Positions 37,001-50,600 of a stretch of 64,000 nucleotides of DNA are shown here, in pieces (positions within the stretch are counted from its first letter, which is position 1; each line of letters opens with the position of its first letter). The stretch is from Trichoplax sp. H2 (lineage: Eukaryota). The notes under the pieces are model-generated. The model saw only the letters and a list, made by a program, of their open reading frames with translations, searched no databases and was not told the origin of the DNA. Made by a program: the position numbers and the translations under genes. The stretch is taken from NCBI GenBank assembly GCA_003344405.1, contig NOWV01000125.1, forward strand, positions 124,001 through 188,000. Direction: 5' to 3'.

Positions 37001-40000
37001 CACTCCAAAAACTATTGAGGAGGTATGCAATTTTAACGTGATATTTCAACAATTTATTATTATAATTTCCTTAATGAACTATTCTAAATATTGATATCAT
37101 TGAATAGGTGGTTGGAATGTTGAAAAAAGAAATAACGAAAACTATGAATGCGACTGAAAAAGAAGATGCTGCTAAATACCGTCATGTACGCTATTAATTT
37201 TTCCCGTCTTATAATTTAATGGATCGATATTAAAATTAAACTGTACAAAATCTGTTACCTTTTATAGTTACTTGTTCGTACGCTGCATACCTGTAGCATT
37301 AAATACCCTGAAGTTGCTGAATCCGTCATACCACTGGTAAAGCTTGATTATGACAATAACAGATTTTAAAAAGTATTTACTAACAGATAAATTCAATGGT
37401 AGTTGGTAGAATTTTTGGGTGACGGCGATGAAGTTGCTGGAAATGATGTCCTGGTTTTCATGAGAGAAGCTATGCAGAAATTCCAACATATCAAACCATT
37501 AGTTATGAATATGCTTCTTGATTCCTTTCAAGTTATACGCACCCCTAGGTACACTACGAATATTAACACAACTTATTCAATAAATTAGTTGCTAAATATT
37601 ATTGAATTTACATATTTAGTGTTCATAGAGCAGCTATCTGGTTGTTGGGTGAGTACTGCGATACACAGGAAGAATGTGAGTCAGTGATGAATGAAATTAA
37701 AAAAGGCCTTGGTGATGTAAGTGGTATTGTACCCAAATTAGAGTGCTTTAACAATAAGACACTATCTAATAAACCCATCTACACTTATACAGGTTCCATT
37801 AGTTGATAGTGAATTGAAGATGGCAACTGACAGTGATGGTAACCGATATTGTAAATTATTTAAAATTATTATCTTATAGCTTCATATCTCTTTGAAAATA
37901 TTTGCTGAATATGTATACTATTTTCTACGTTAGTTTCAGAAAGTGAAACTAAAGAAACTGCACAGCAATCTTCTGGTCAAAATTTAGTTACTGCCGATGG
38001 TTCTTACGCTACCCAAGCAGCTATTAGTGCGTTATCGTCGAAAAAGGAATTACGGTATATTAATAGGCTATGTGGATCCTTAAATATTATGGCTCTAAAT
38101 ATTAAACTATTTCAACTTAAACATATTAATTTCATACTATAGTCCACGATTGAGAGAATACTTGATGGACGGTGAATTTTTCGTTGGAGCAACAATGGCT
38201 ACAACTTTAACTAAACTAACTTTACGCTACAGTAAATTATGTGAAGATACTGCTAGAAAGAACGTAAGTTTTCTACGCTTAAGCTGTGCAATCTTGATTC
38301 CACAGTCTTACAATTGCCATTACAAACTAATCTACTCTTCTTTATTAGCGATTTTCTGCTAGCGCTATGCTGTACATGGCGGGTATTCTTCATCTCGGTA
38401 AATCTGGATTACCGAAAAAGGTACATTTTTTAATTTTCCTAAAGTTCTTTATTAAATGGTAGCAAATTTGATGTTAGCCTTGTTACTAAATGTACTTTTA
38501 TTTTGCAGGCTATCAATGATGATGATTTTGATCGAATCTCGGTTTGCATATCAGTTTTATCAACACCAAGTGATTTAATGATGGATATATTTACAAAGGA
38601 GTGTAGAAAATCTTTATCAGAAATGATTGCTAATCAATCAGACAGTAAAGAAGATAAACCAGAGGTACCTCCTCCTTAGTAGCTTTTATCTAATTTTTAA
38701 TGCTTAAAATCTCAAGAGGGTATAATGCTTCTTCTTAGGATCTTGACGAAGTAGTTGTACGTGTACAAGCAGATGATCCAATATCATTTATGAGTATCAT
38801 TGCTCCATCTGAAGATGACTTAGGCGAGGTATTCATAAACACTTAATAGTAACATTTTCAACTTGCAATAATTGTAATGATCGTCTTACTTTTTGTCCTC
38901 GGCTAATTGTAGAATCAATTTGAAGAGAGTCTTTCAAAAGCTTTAACCAGTACTACAACTAAGAAAGATAATCCACTTGACTCCCAATTGAACAAGGTTG
39001 CGTAAAAATAACTAATGTTGTACATAATGATCTTATTATTTCTGCTATTAAGCATTTGCTATTTGTTTCAGGTTCATCAATTAACTGGCTTTTCTGATCC
39101 TGTTTATGCTGAAGCTTATATTTATGTTAATCAGTACGATATTGTGTTGGATGTACTAATTGTAAATCAAACTGGAGATACGTTACAAAATACTACCCTT
39201 GAATTAGCTACGTTAGGTAACATATGACAATTTCTAGATCTTTAGCAATTTACGCTAACTATGTAAAAATTATAGTTGGTGGTAGCAATTTCTAGTAAAT
39301 AAAAATTTAAATCATTTTATTATGCTGCAGGTGATTTAAAACTCGTCGAGAAACCTGTTCCAATTACCATAGCACCACGGGATTTCTGTAATATCAAAGT
39401 ATGACAAACGTAGGGTTGACCATTGTTCGATCACAACACCTATTAATGTATTTTTTAATTCATCCAGGCAAATATTAAAGTAGCTTCTACTGAGAACGGA
39501 ATAATTTTTGGAAATATTGGTAATTTTTCATTTAAACAATTTTACCGATTTAGTTGAGCTTGCGTTACAATTACTAAAATAACTTGGCTAATGTTTACCT
39601 GTGTATTTTTAGTGTATGATGTTAGTGGAACGGCACATGACCGCAACTGTGTCGTACTTAATGAGATACATATCGATATTATGGACTACATTATGCCAGC
39701 AACATGCACTGATACTGAATTTCGTCAAATGTGGGCGGAATTTGAATGGGAAAACAAGGTTGTGGATTAAGAATGAATGGCGATCTATATGTTGTTCTCA
39801 ATGACTAACGAATAGTTCGTTTTTAAAATATATAGGTTACTGTTAATTCGAATATTACTGACATACAGGAATATCTCGACCATATTATTGCCTCGACAAA
39901 TATGAAGTGTTTGACTTCAGATACGGTAAGTCAGTTGTTACATATGTTTAAGTTTATGCTCTTGCATCATCCATTCAATTTATGCAATTTATCATGTAGG

Positions 40001-40319
40001 CATTAAAAGGCGATTGCGGTTTTTTGGCTGCAAATCTGTACGCAAAGAGCATATTTGGCGAGGATGCCTTAGCTAATGTAAGCATTGAGAGAACAGCTGA
40101 TCAGTCTGAAACACCTGTTACTGGTCATATTCGAATCAGAGCTAAAAGTCAGGTAAAAATTTAACATACTTTTTATGTATGCGCACATAATTTTAATATC
40201 AATAAGGTCTATTGCAAAAGAGACAAACAATGTAAGAAAATTTTGCGCATGTTGCTCAATAGGGTATGGCATTAAGCTTGGGAGACAAAATCAACTTGTC
40301 GCAAAAGAAGTCATCATAA
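34091..40319 (+). CDS. COPB1: Coatomer subunit beta (beta-COP), multi-exon
   Basis: [117 protein letters not shown]. Confidence 0.97.
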
Positions 40320-41611
40320 AGTTCTACCTATAGATGGTATTATAATAATAGGAGATTAGGTAATGCAACGTTATTCTTTTTACGACTTAACAAAGATAAA
40401 TCATCAAAGTTGGTGTTGATACAACTAGTCTAACAATGTACTAGAGTTTGACTTGCGTGGCATAAAAATCTTGTCAAGTCATCTGAAATGAACTGTCGAA
40501 TTGGCAATGGTAGTAAATAATTGTTACAAGTAAGAACTTTTAATAATGTTTATCCTAATAGTGATCTTCTAGCTTAGAGTAGCTGTAATGTTATTTGCTT
40601 AAGTTGAATTTTGCTAAATAACATTTTATGTATATGATTAGCTCGTGCTTGTTATGGTGCTTAACCAATACCTGAAGTTTACCACAAAAAAATTAATATC
40701 TCAAAATGTCCTTGAATTATTTTTTGATGGGCATTTGCATGCTACGTAATATATTCTAAAAAATCTAAAAATGCAATTTTTATTCCGTATGGGAGTTTAA
40801 AATACATTGTAATAGATGATGGCCTATTTGCTCAGTAATTGTATGGCTTGGTCATCCTGGTCTTTACTTAGCTTATTATCCACCAATGCAATAAAAAATT
40901 ATCAATACTTGCAAAACTTGCTCCAGAATTAGTAAACGATTCTATGTAACTTTCAACAAATTTACTTTTTGTCTTGATTAATGCAGGAAAATCTTATTAT
41001 GGTAGGTATGAAATCTTTAGAATTTATAAAAAGAAGGATAATTGTATTTAAGGATGAAGTTTTACTAACATATCCGATTCATATCTTCAGCATACTGAAA
41101 TATGTGAAATTTATTAGATATTTATTGCATCTTCAACGCTTGGCAGTGATTCAAGATAGCTATACTTGAGATAAAGCTTGCACTATTCACCTTTTGAATC
41201 ATACTACATATTGATAGTAGTTTTCATAAAAGAATTACTGGACACTAATTGCGATCTATACTATACCTTCATGCTACACTATCATTAACCATTAGCATTT
41301 TTACAAGCTGCAAATACTGAAGATACTTTTGTCCGATAAACGTGTATGTCAAGAATCCTTTTTTATACTACGATGAAACTTTACTAGTGATATTGGCAAA
41401 TGTATCTCATTAGTAGGTCGGTAACTTTTATAAATTAATCAGAATAATACAATTAATTTGTTTAGCCTTTGATAGTTCTTACTATATTTCGCTTCTGTCA
41501 CAATCATCAAGATACAAATGTAGTATGAATAGGGTGATAAGCTTCAATTGCTTCATGTAAGGCATTGAGAAATTATTAGAAATAATTTATATTATAAAAT
41601 GAATCAACACT

Positions 41612-44600
41612 TCATTTATCTTCATAAATATGAGGGCAATCTTCGTAATCCCCGTTCCAATATTTGCCGTTAAATTCCCATACTTGCGCACCAATAAACT
41701 TATTCGTCGTTTGATAAAACCATCTATAAGAAAATATCAGTTTTAGACAAACCGTATTAATATTTCGTCCTTGATTCTAATTTTGCTGCTTAAGCGTACT
41801 TAGATGCATAAGTAGGAAGTTATTAAATTATTAAATTGTTAAAAGCTAATAACACTAAAGTTATTCTAAACAATATCGGCAACAACATGTAACTACACTA
41901 CTCGATGTAATTGCCCGATAAATCTAATTTATCGGCGAACAGCAAAGAGAAATTATTTTTTTTCATCTTATTAACTGTAATAATATGAGCTTACTTCGGC
42001 TGATATTCAGTCTTATTTTTAGCACGTTCTCGACGTGCTGCTCGCTGCTTTTCTTCCAATCTCAGTTTTTCACTAGCTGCCTTATCTATTGTAATACACG
42101 ATAGCTATAAGTTGTGTGAAATATTATTCAATCAAGTAATGATTATATAATTATGAGTTTTAAGAAGCATTTTATAGGCAAATCTGGTCTAATGAAAGAC
42201 AGTCGTTATATCTATTCCATGGAAAATTAAAGTCATTGTAAATAGATTTATCTATTTCATTAATTTTATTAACTGAGAGTGAACTAAAGTTTTGAAGATG
42301 ATAGGGTATATAATCATAACTTAGATGAATTATTGTTTGCGTATAATAACATCAGCGGAAAGTAAAGTTATGCTGATTGCACTATGACAAGCACAATCTT
42401 ATTCTACGTTAGCAAAGTAAAATCAGAGTTCATGTCAAATTAACTTTAAAGCTACGGGAATATTGGAGAATTATCATCGTTACTAAGGATTTAATACATT
42501 TATTAATCTTTATCCACAGTAGCGATATAAATTCAAGTTTTGGATGTAATTTAATGCATACGAATTTCTGCTTGCATATATTAATTATTGGCCATGCTGT
42601 AATTACCAAATAATCTGCTTTACCTGTACTACCCAATTCGAGATATCGTATGTCTGGTCTAAATCTTGAATCGGTTCTCGGTAACTGTAATCAAGATGCA
42701 ATATCGAATTATTTAATAATAGCTGATGGTTTCTATAGCATAAAGAATGAATACATAAATGAAGCATCCATAATTTCATCGTTAATGTGGCCCTCGCCCA
42801 AGCTTTGTTGAGAGCATCTAATATTATAATCTTTCTTACATATTTCTCAAGCGTTGTTGTTAGTTCATTCAGCATAAACGAAAATGCGGTCATACCATAC
42901 ATCTTGAAAATGAGATTTAGAAATGTTAATATTTTTGAGATATAATATCTTATATAGGAGTCTACAATTTACTTTTAGCATCAATTTCAAGTTAAAAATG
43001 CTTGCCTTTTCGGAGCAGGCAGGTCTGGGTTCCGCTGTCCAAAGGTGAATATTTTCTTGGTAAGTTCCAGCAGGTTTATCCGTCAAATCATTATTACTAG
43101 ATGTCTTGCTTGTATTCTGATATGGAACTGCTAAGGAATTGGCTGTGCTTTGGCTTGGATTCAATGAAGATTTACCATCATTCTCAAGATCTTCATCAGC
43201 ATCTTTAGATGTTGGCAATGATGTTTTACTAGATTTTCGTGTTTTGATTAAGGCAGGGTTGAGCAAATTAGAATGCAATTCCTCAGTCCACTTCCCCTCT
43301 AATGAATACACTTTTTCTTTGCTATGAAACATAAGCATATAAAAATTAGGTCTAAAATGATTTATGGACAAAATTTTTCTTGTCTTTGCTTACTTAGCAT
43401 CAGTGACAAAGCCTTGTAAGCGATTAAGATCTTTTCCAAACCAGCCACTTGGCTTAAAGTTTATACTACACTTATAGCCATTAGTGTGATTGATCACGTC
43501 GAGATTGCCATACTAAAAATAGATGCCCATGTAAAAAGAGTGTTAGTAGTTATTAGAAGGAAGTCCTTTAGGATAGTAGTGAAACTGTAACATCACATAG
43601 GCCTGAAAAGGAGTTCGTGCATGGGCGATATTATAACTTGAGCTAGATTGCTAATAAGTAATAATCTGATACTAGATTTTTATTCGGTTTGTGATCGAAA
43701 CCATTAGTAATCGTCGCTAATATCACTACTATGATGACCAAATACACGGAAAAATTTCATAGGAGCAAAATTTTGTTTAAAACATTAGTTGTATGTGCAC
43801 ATAAAGATATCACTTCCAGACATGGTACAGCGACGGAGTTTAATAAATAAAACGTTAAAGAAGTTATGGTGAACATGATCATATTGATGAAAAGGTTTCG
43901 TTTCAGAATTTATATAATATTTAGAATACATCATATAAATGATGAACGCTGCTGATATTGTACCTGTTCGATCCATAGTTTGCCGGTAATGACATTGTGA
44001 ATGTAAGTTGTTACTTGCGACCAAGTATAGATTTCTCCTAGTCTATATTGGATTAAATTGCACAGGAATAAAAAGACTTTATTGGCCTGTGTTTGATTTT
44101 CTCTGTATCTTTACTTAATTAAAGGACTATTGCCAAATTTAAATATAGATTAAACGGCCTGCTTGACTTACTTTGGAAATTCCAGAATTGCTACACCTTT
44201 AGGAATGACTTCTATACCCTTGCCCCAGAATTTCAATTTAGGTTGGACTGACAGGCTAAGGCTGTAGTTGTTATTCAAAGAGCGACAGTGGAAAGCCGAT
44301 ATAGGTGGATGATGGCTAACCTATGAGTGGCAAGCATCGGATTGTAAATTTAGCAATATCCTTAATGTCCTTCATTAGTACAAGCAAAACCGTCAACACT
44401 TAGAGAAGTTAATGTTTCTTTCTGTGATAATCCGTTATAGATATCCATAACCAATCGCTGATTTATAGCAGATAATAGCTATATGTATATGGTATATATC
44501 ATGATATTTAAGCTTGATAAACATCAACCAATAGAAGCTACAAGCTTTTCCTATTATAAGCACAGGCAATTGAAATGTTCCATAATAGAAAAAAAAACAT

Positions 44601-47600
44601 GTGGCGTAACTAAAATTTGAAAAGTATTCATTTTCTGATCTGTGACTATATATTGCAAATAGCTGTAAAGGCTAACATAGACGGTGATTAAACCCTTCAG
44701 TCATTTAGAAACGTTTAATACAAGTAATTACTAAGTGTTGTACTCTGTTATGCAACTTTAACTGCAAATATTCCAGTTGGATTACAAAATTCAGTTACAG
44801 TACTTGCCAGTGGACTACTACACTCATTGGAATAAAATGATGAGAATCTTCTATTGCAATGAATTATTCTTGATGACTAGAATACAAGTATGCAATACTT
44901 ATTTATAAAGTAAAGTATTGAAATCAGAGGCCAATCTACCTACATTTGCTACTATGGCATAGGTCGCCTTGTACAACTTAAGTTTGAAAAGTATACATCT
45001 CTGACCTGGGCCTACTATATATATGCAAATAGTGGTAAAGGCTAACATAAAGTACATGACGATTATACACTTTAAGTCGTTTAGAAACATTTAATACAAG
45101 TAATTACTCAGTATTGCATTAGTGCTGCACTCTTTATGCAACATTAACTGCTAACATTCCGATTAGATCAGCAGGTCTAGTTGCAGTAGTTGCTGTTAGA
45201 CTTCCGGTACGGAAGTAAAATATTGAGAAATCTGCCACTGTGATGATTTATTCTAGTTGACTATCCGTGTGAATTATTTATGAAATAAAGTACTGTAATA
45301 AGAGGCCAATCTATGAATATTAATTTCGCTTCAGTAGCGTAGATGGCCATGCCGGCACATTAAAAGGATCGCGGTAGTTATTTGGCTTTCACATTCTTGC
45401 TATTTAATGATATCTACGATAATTATCAAGTTACAGCCTGGAAAATAGCTGAAAATTTATTTATTTTAGTTTACCTGCTCAGTTACTAACTGAAATCGAT
45501 GCCTGCCAGGAAGGAGAAGATAAATGCGAGACATATCATTTGCACGTAAAACAAGTCAAGGTGAGACGAATCAATTGAAATTTGAAATCATGTACGAATA
45601 AGTTATTTCCAAATAGCTTCTCGTATTTTAAATACTGTATGATCTTAAAATTTAAATCAGGTCAATTTTAGATAATTTAATTCTCGTATAAGATTTCCTT
45701 ACGTTACTAGCTCATAAGTTTCTCCCAGTAATGGATTAAAAGGTTTACCAATCCTATTCCAGTTAGATGCTGAGCTGGACACAGCAAAAGCGGCGACATA
45801 CTGCGAAAGTGCGAATACAGCAAGTGGAAAATCATAAATTTAATTGTTGATTGCTATCGCAATGCTATTTCTCTCGCATTAAATAGGGTGTCAGCAAGCA
45901 ATTTGTTTTGTTTTATGAAGCAGTTATGAAATAATCTTTGATCCATGCACAAACAGATTAATCTAGAGATTAAGAGCGTATTTAAGAAAAGCTGCTGTAG
46001 TTATTACTTGAATACGTATGAGTGGGTCTTGGCTTTCTGCTGCAATATCCAATAGCTGATCATATTCCATATATTCAGCAAGTCGTTGTAAGAAGGATAG
46101 AGGCTCGTTGAAATAGACTATACAGTCCATGAGCAAGTTGATTATATACATGCAAAAGATATAGGACCAATTTTGGTCGTTAAGAACCTTATAGAATTAT
46201 CGATGAAATCAAAAATTGCAAATTAACCTGGCATTGTTATCCTTGATAGATCCTGTAGGAAAACGTTAGAATCCAATAAGTACCGAAAATTTGATAGTAT
46301 ACGAATATAGCTAATTTCACGATTCTTAACAGCATAATGTTAGCTAAGTTAAGGATGGCATTACTTCCTTATTACGACATAGTATTCCTCTGTTAGCATT
46401 AGCTATTTACTATAAAAGCTACTCAGCTATTGATTTTGATAGTCCAAGCTTGAAAATTAAAATTCCTCACCTTTCCTATGGAATGTTTTAAGATAGACCA
46501 AATCGTGATATCTTCCCGAGACATCATTGGAGCTGGTAAAGATGTTCTATTAATAGATAAGGTTGTTATAAAATTAATTAAATGTAGATAGCTTGAATAA
46601 AAATTTTCAAATTAATGATTGATTATTTATGGCAGTTGTACCTGGGTTTAAAATCTTTCATCATTTTTATATTTTGCCGAACTACAATATCGCCATCAGC
46701 TTCGATGATTTGTCCTATTTCTTCACTTTCAGCTTAGAATATCAAACATAGAATCAAAATCCTTACTAACTATCCACCGCCCCAACTGACTAGATCGTTT
46801 AATGATACTAATTCAACGTCTAATTGCAATATCTGCATATTCGCAAATTGCTCCTAATTTAAGATTTGTAATTAAAGATTCCTACCTTCGTCTGATTCAT
46901 TCCCACTATGACTGTTTACATCGTAGAAACTATCGTCGTTTTCCTCTTCACCATTATCTCGGCGAGAATTTTCTAAAATTTCCTGCCGCTAAGTGCCGTT
47001 TTAATTAGATCGCAATTCAGAAAGAGCAATGAAGATGATTGTAACAGCAATAAATCAAGGTATTAAGTATTTCAAGCCGGTATAATAAACAGGATCGCTT
47101 TAAACATCGATTAAGCTCTACGAGAAAAATATGCTGGCTGAAATATGAACATTTAAATTCAATTTACCTCTGCAGCTTGTCTAGCTAGTTGTTCTTGGTC
47201 ATCAGCGAGTTGCTCCAGTGTTGATTGCATCATTAAATCTTTCTTCATTTCCTTGCTCATTTGCTTCTGTAATTCCTATTTCGATCAAAAGGGGATTTAG
47301 ATCAGTAAAATAATTGATCAGAGTAGTCCGATATAATCTCAATCATTGCTGCCATATTTTACATTCGATTGCTGCTCAAGTATCTTCATGCAATGATCTA
47401 ATGTAGACCATAATTCTTTCGAGACGATTTCTACTTTGCTTGATTGATTTACTATGTCTTCTATATATGGAGCCGGATGAACTTGTGATTTCTTTTCGTA
47501 AAATGATATTCTAGTCTCAAGGATTTTAACATGGGCTTGTGCGGTCTGCATAATTATAAAGAATAAGGAAAAGAGTTTCATAAGGAATTCGTGGCCACGC

Positions 47601-50600
47601 TAAATATAAATTAGTACTAGTGCTAGAACAATTACAACCGAGTAAAAAGATCATTCAGACAAATTTGAGGGAATTGCTATTTAGATTTATATGAGAAAGC
47701 CAATATAAATTGATACTCAATTACTTAATTAACGTACTAACGATGGAAATATGTAAAAATTTAATCTTATGCAACAGGACATAAAGAAGTAAGTACGGTA
47801 ATAGGTATATTCTTGGAAGTAAGCAAAGCTCATAAATGAAAGTATAGAGTCAATCATAGTACATTAATTAATGGAGGGATAAGAATCCTAAATTCATACT
47901 TGTAATGCATCTTGTATCGTTTGTAATGGCTCCATAGCTAAGGAATTTTCAGCACTGGTATGAAATCGATATTTTTGATCTATTTTATATTCGCGATGAT
48001 GACTTAAAGCGTTTAGCCATTTCTATTAACGGTAATACAGTCATCATGATCATTTAAAATTCTTCAAAGAATAAACGTTATAAAATACTTCCATATGCAC
48101 GAATTAACAGTTCCAGTTTTGCTAGTATTTTAAGTTGTTAAAAGCTACATTTATAATGTCTAACCCGTCGGCATTCTCGTCCATTGGCTCCAGGAGTAAC
48201 ACTCCATACTTGTGATGTATCATCAGAGAAGTCAATCCGAAAAGAAAACTCATCATCTTTCCTGACCTAGAACATTATTTCATTCAATTAAATTGTTCGA
48301 TTACTAATTTCTCACTTTATCATTTAAATTGGCTATATTTTATAGTTCTACCGTGAAGACAGATTGGCTTAGCCATCGATAACCCTGACGTTTAACTCCA
48401 GAAACAGCATCCGCTCTAGTTTTAAAGATCATTTAGTGCAAAGGTAAAAATAGCGTTATAAGATGCAGAATTTGAAATTTTTTAAATTACAGAAATATCT
48501 GTTCCACGCTAGTAGAGCTATTTCAAAGTATGAATTACTAATATACCTCTTATTATAGTAAAACAGCGTTCCATGATCTAAAACTACCCAGTATAGCTTC
48601 CAGCCAAAGAATCTTGATCTCTAATTTTAAGAGTATCGGTGATTAAAGTTAGAATTGCATTAGTAGCAAAATTAGGTCTTAAAAAGATAGGAATAAATAG
48701 AATGAAAAGGATAATTAACATTTTTACTATAGAGTTATCAATTATTGAATTATTGCATCGTCAAGGGCTGCAATTAACGTTAGATTCATATAACTTAAAT
48801 TAAAACAGCGTTGCAGTTTTTACTTTTAGTAGTTCTCCTTCAAATTTTGTAGCTTGGCGCTTTGAAATCTATTTACAATAATAGGCAGTTTTAGCTCATG
48901 ATAGTTTGATTTCATTTTCTATATTATGATTACATCGACAGTAAAGTTAAAAATAAAATATATCGCTAACCTTTGCAGTTTTTGATTTTATTAATTGCGA
49001 TATTTCAATATTTTCGGTTAAGTCATGGCTATATTGGCCTGCAATTTATTCGATAAAGAGGAAAACTACTAAATATGGTTCATTATGATAATAGAGTGTT
49101 TATTTAGTGGCCAAATTATTTATAATGTTAATGCTAAAATTAATTTCTTAACGGCATCATGCAAATGATTTTACTCTTTCAAAGCTATTTAATCTAATCA
49201 TGGATAGGAGCAGGAATAAATTGCACGTTTCAATTGCAAGTTAATCCTTTTCATTAATAAAATAGTAATGGCAAATGATGTAAAGGTCTGCCTTACCATA
49301 GTTATTTCTGATATTGGCATCAATTCCTTTATCCAGTAATAGCTTAGCAATTTCCTGATAATTTCTAAAAGTAAGATCAGAGATGATATAAATAATCAAG
49401 AGGAAAATTAGTAAATCAATTTTGTAGTTTACATTTATAAATTTATTGTACACTGGAAATAAAAAGTAATTTTACCTTTGAACAGCATAGTGTAGAGCAG
49501 TATTACCATGTAAATCTGTACAATGGATATTTGGAGAGTTGATGTCATTAAACTAATTAAAAGGAAGAAAATGTCAAATACGAGGGCTGCCTATTGGATA
49601 TGGCAATCATAGCATCAATAAACTCTCGATTTCAGATTAGTGGACAATCTATATCAGGTCAAATATGTAGCAGCTGTCATGGTTGCAATTGAATAATGTT
49701 AAATTTAGGCTCAAAGGATTTTAATCTAGAGTAAGGATAAGCATACGCATACTACACTAAATCCAATGGAATATTTATGAATTTTCGTCTCCCAAAACGT
49801 TAGAATTTAAAGTAAGCATGGAAATAAGCGAGCACATTAGATTTCATTTTATATTCACAATTTAATAGATTATAATTATGTCAATTATAGCTGCATTTGA
49901 TTTTTCCCAGACTATTTTATCAATTGCAATATATTCTGTATAAGCATTTTAGATCCTCAAAATCTGAAGCAAAAATGAAGCTTAAAATGTTATAATCTAA
50001 TAAGCTTGAATCAGTACGACGTTATTTTCATTAGATTACAGATTTAATAGTACGATAAGTATTAGTCATATGTTACCATCAATTGCATAGTTATAAGATC
50101 CCCTATTCTAGCGGAATTTAAAAACTTTTCTTCATTCTTTCTATTTTGAATTCGTTCGGCAGCTATATCAATCACAATTTTTACAAATTAAATTCTTATA
50201 GGCATACCTCATGTCTTCCATTAGATAGCCAAGCAAATAATATAGTACTAACTGATCTTACAGCATTTGTATGCTTACGGCTAGAATATCAGCTTACCTC
50301 CTAATATTTTTTCCACTTCCCTGGTTTTGGCAATACACCGAGAAGTATCGCCAACATTATTAATCGTAAATACATTAACATTTTCTGTTAATAACAGTAA
50401 GACAGTGTCCTGTAGAAGCCGATTAATAATTGGATCCCATTAGACTGAATAAGTACAAATGTATTTTATTTAAAGTGAAAATTTCCTTATCTTAAGACAA
50501 AGCATTAATCAAATATTAACAAATAAAATCCGACGTTAAATTTCCATCTTGAATTAATTACTTACACTACGCCCTATGTAACAAGCTTTATGTAATGGTG

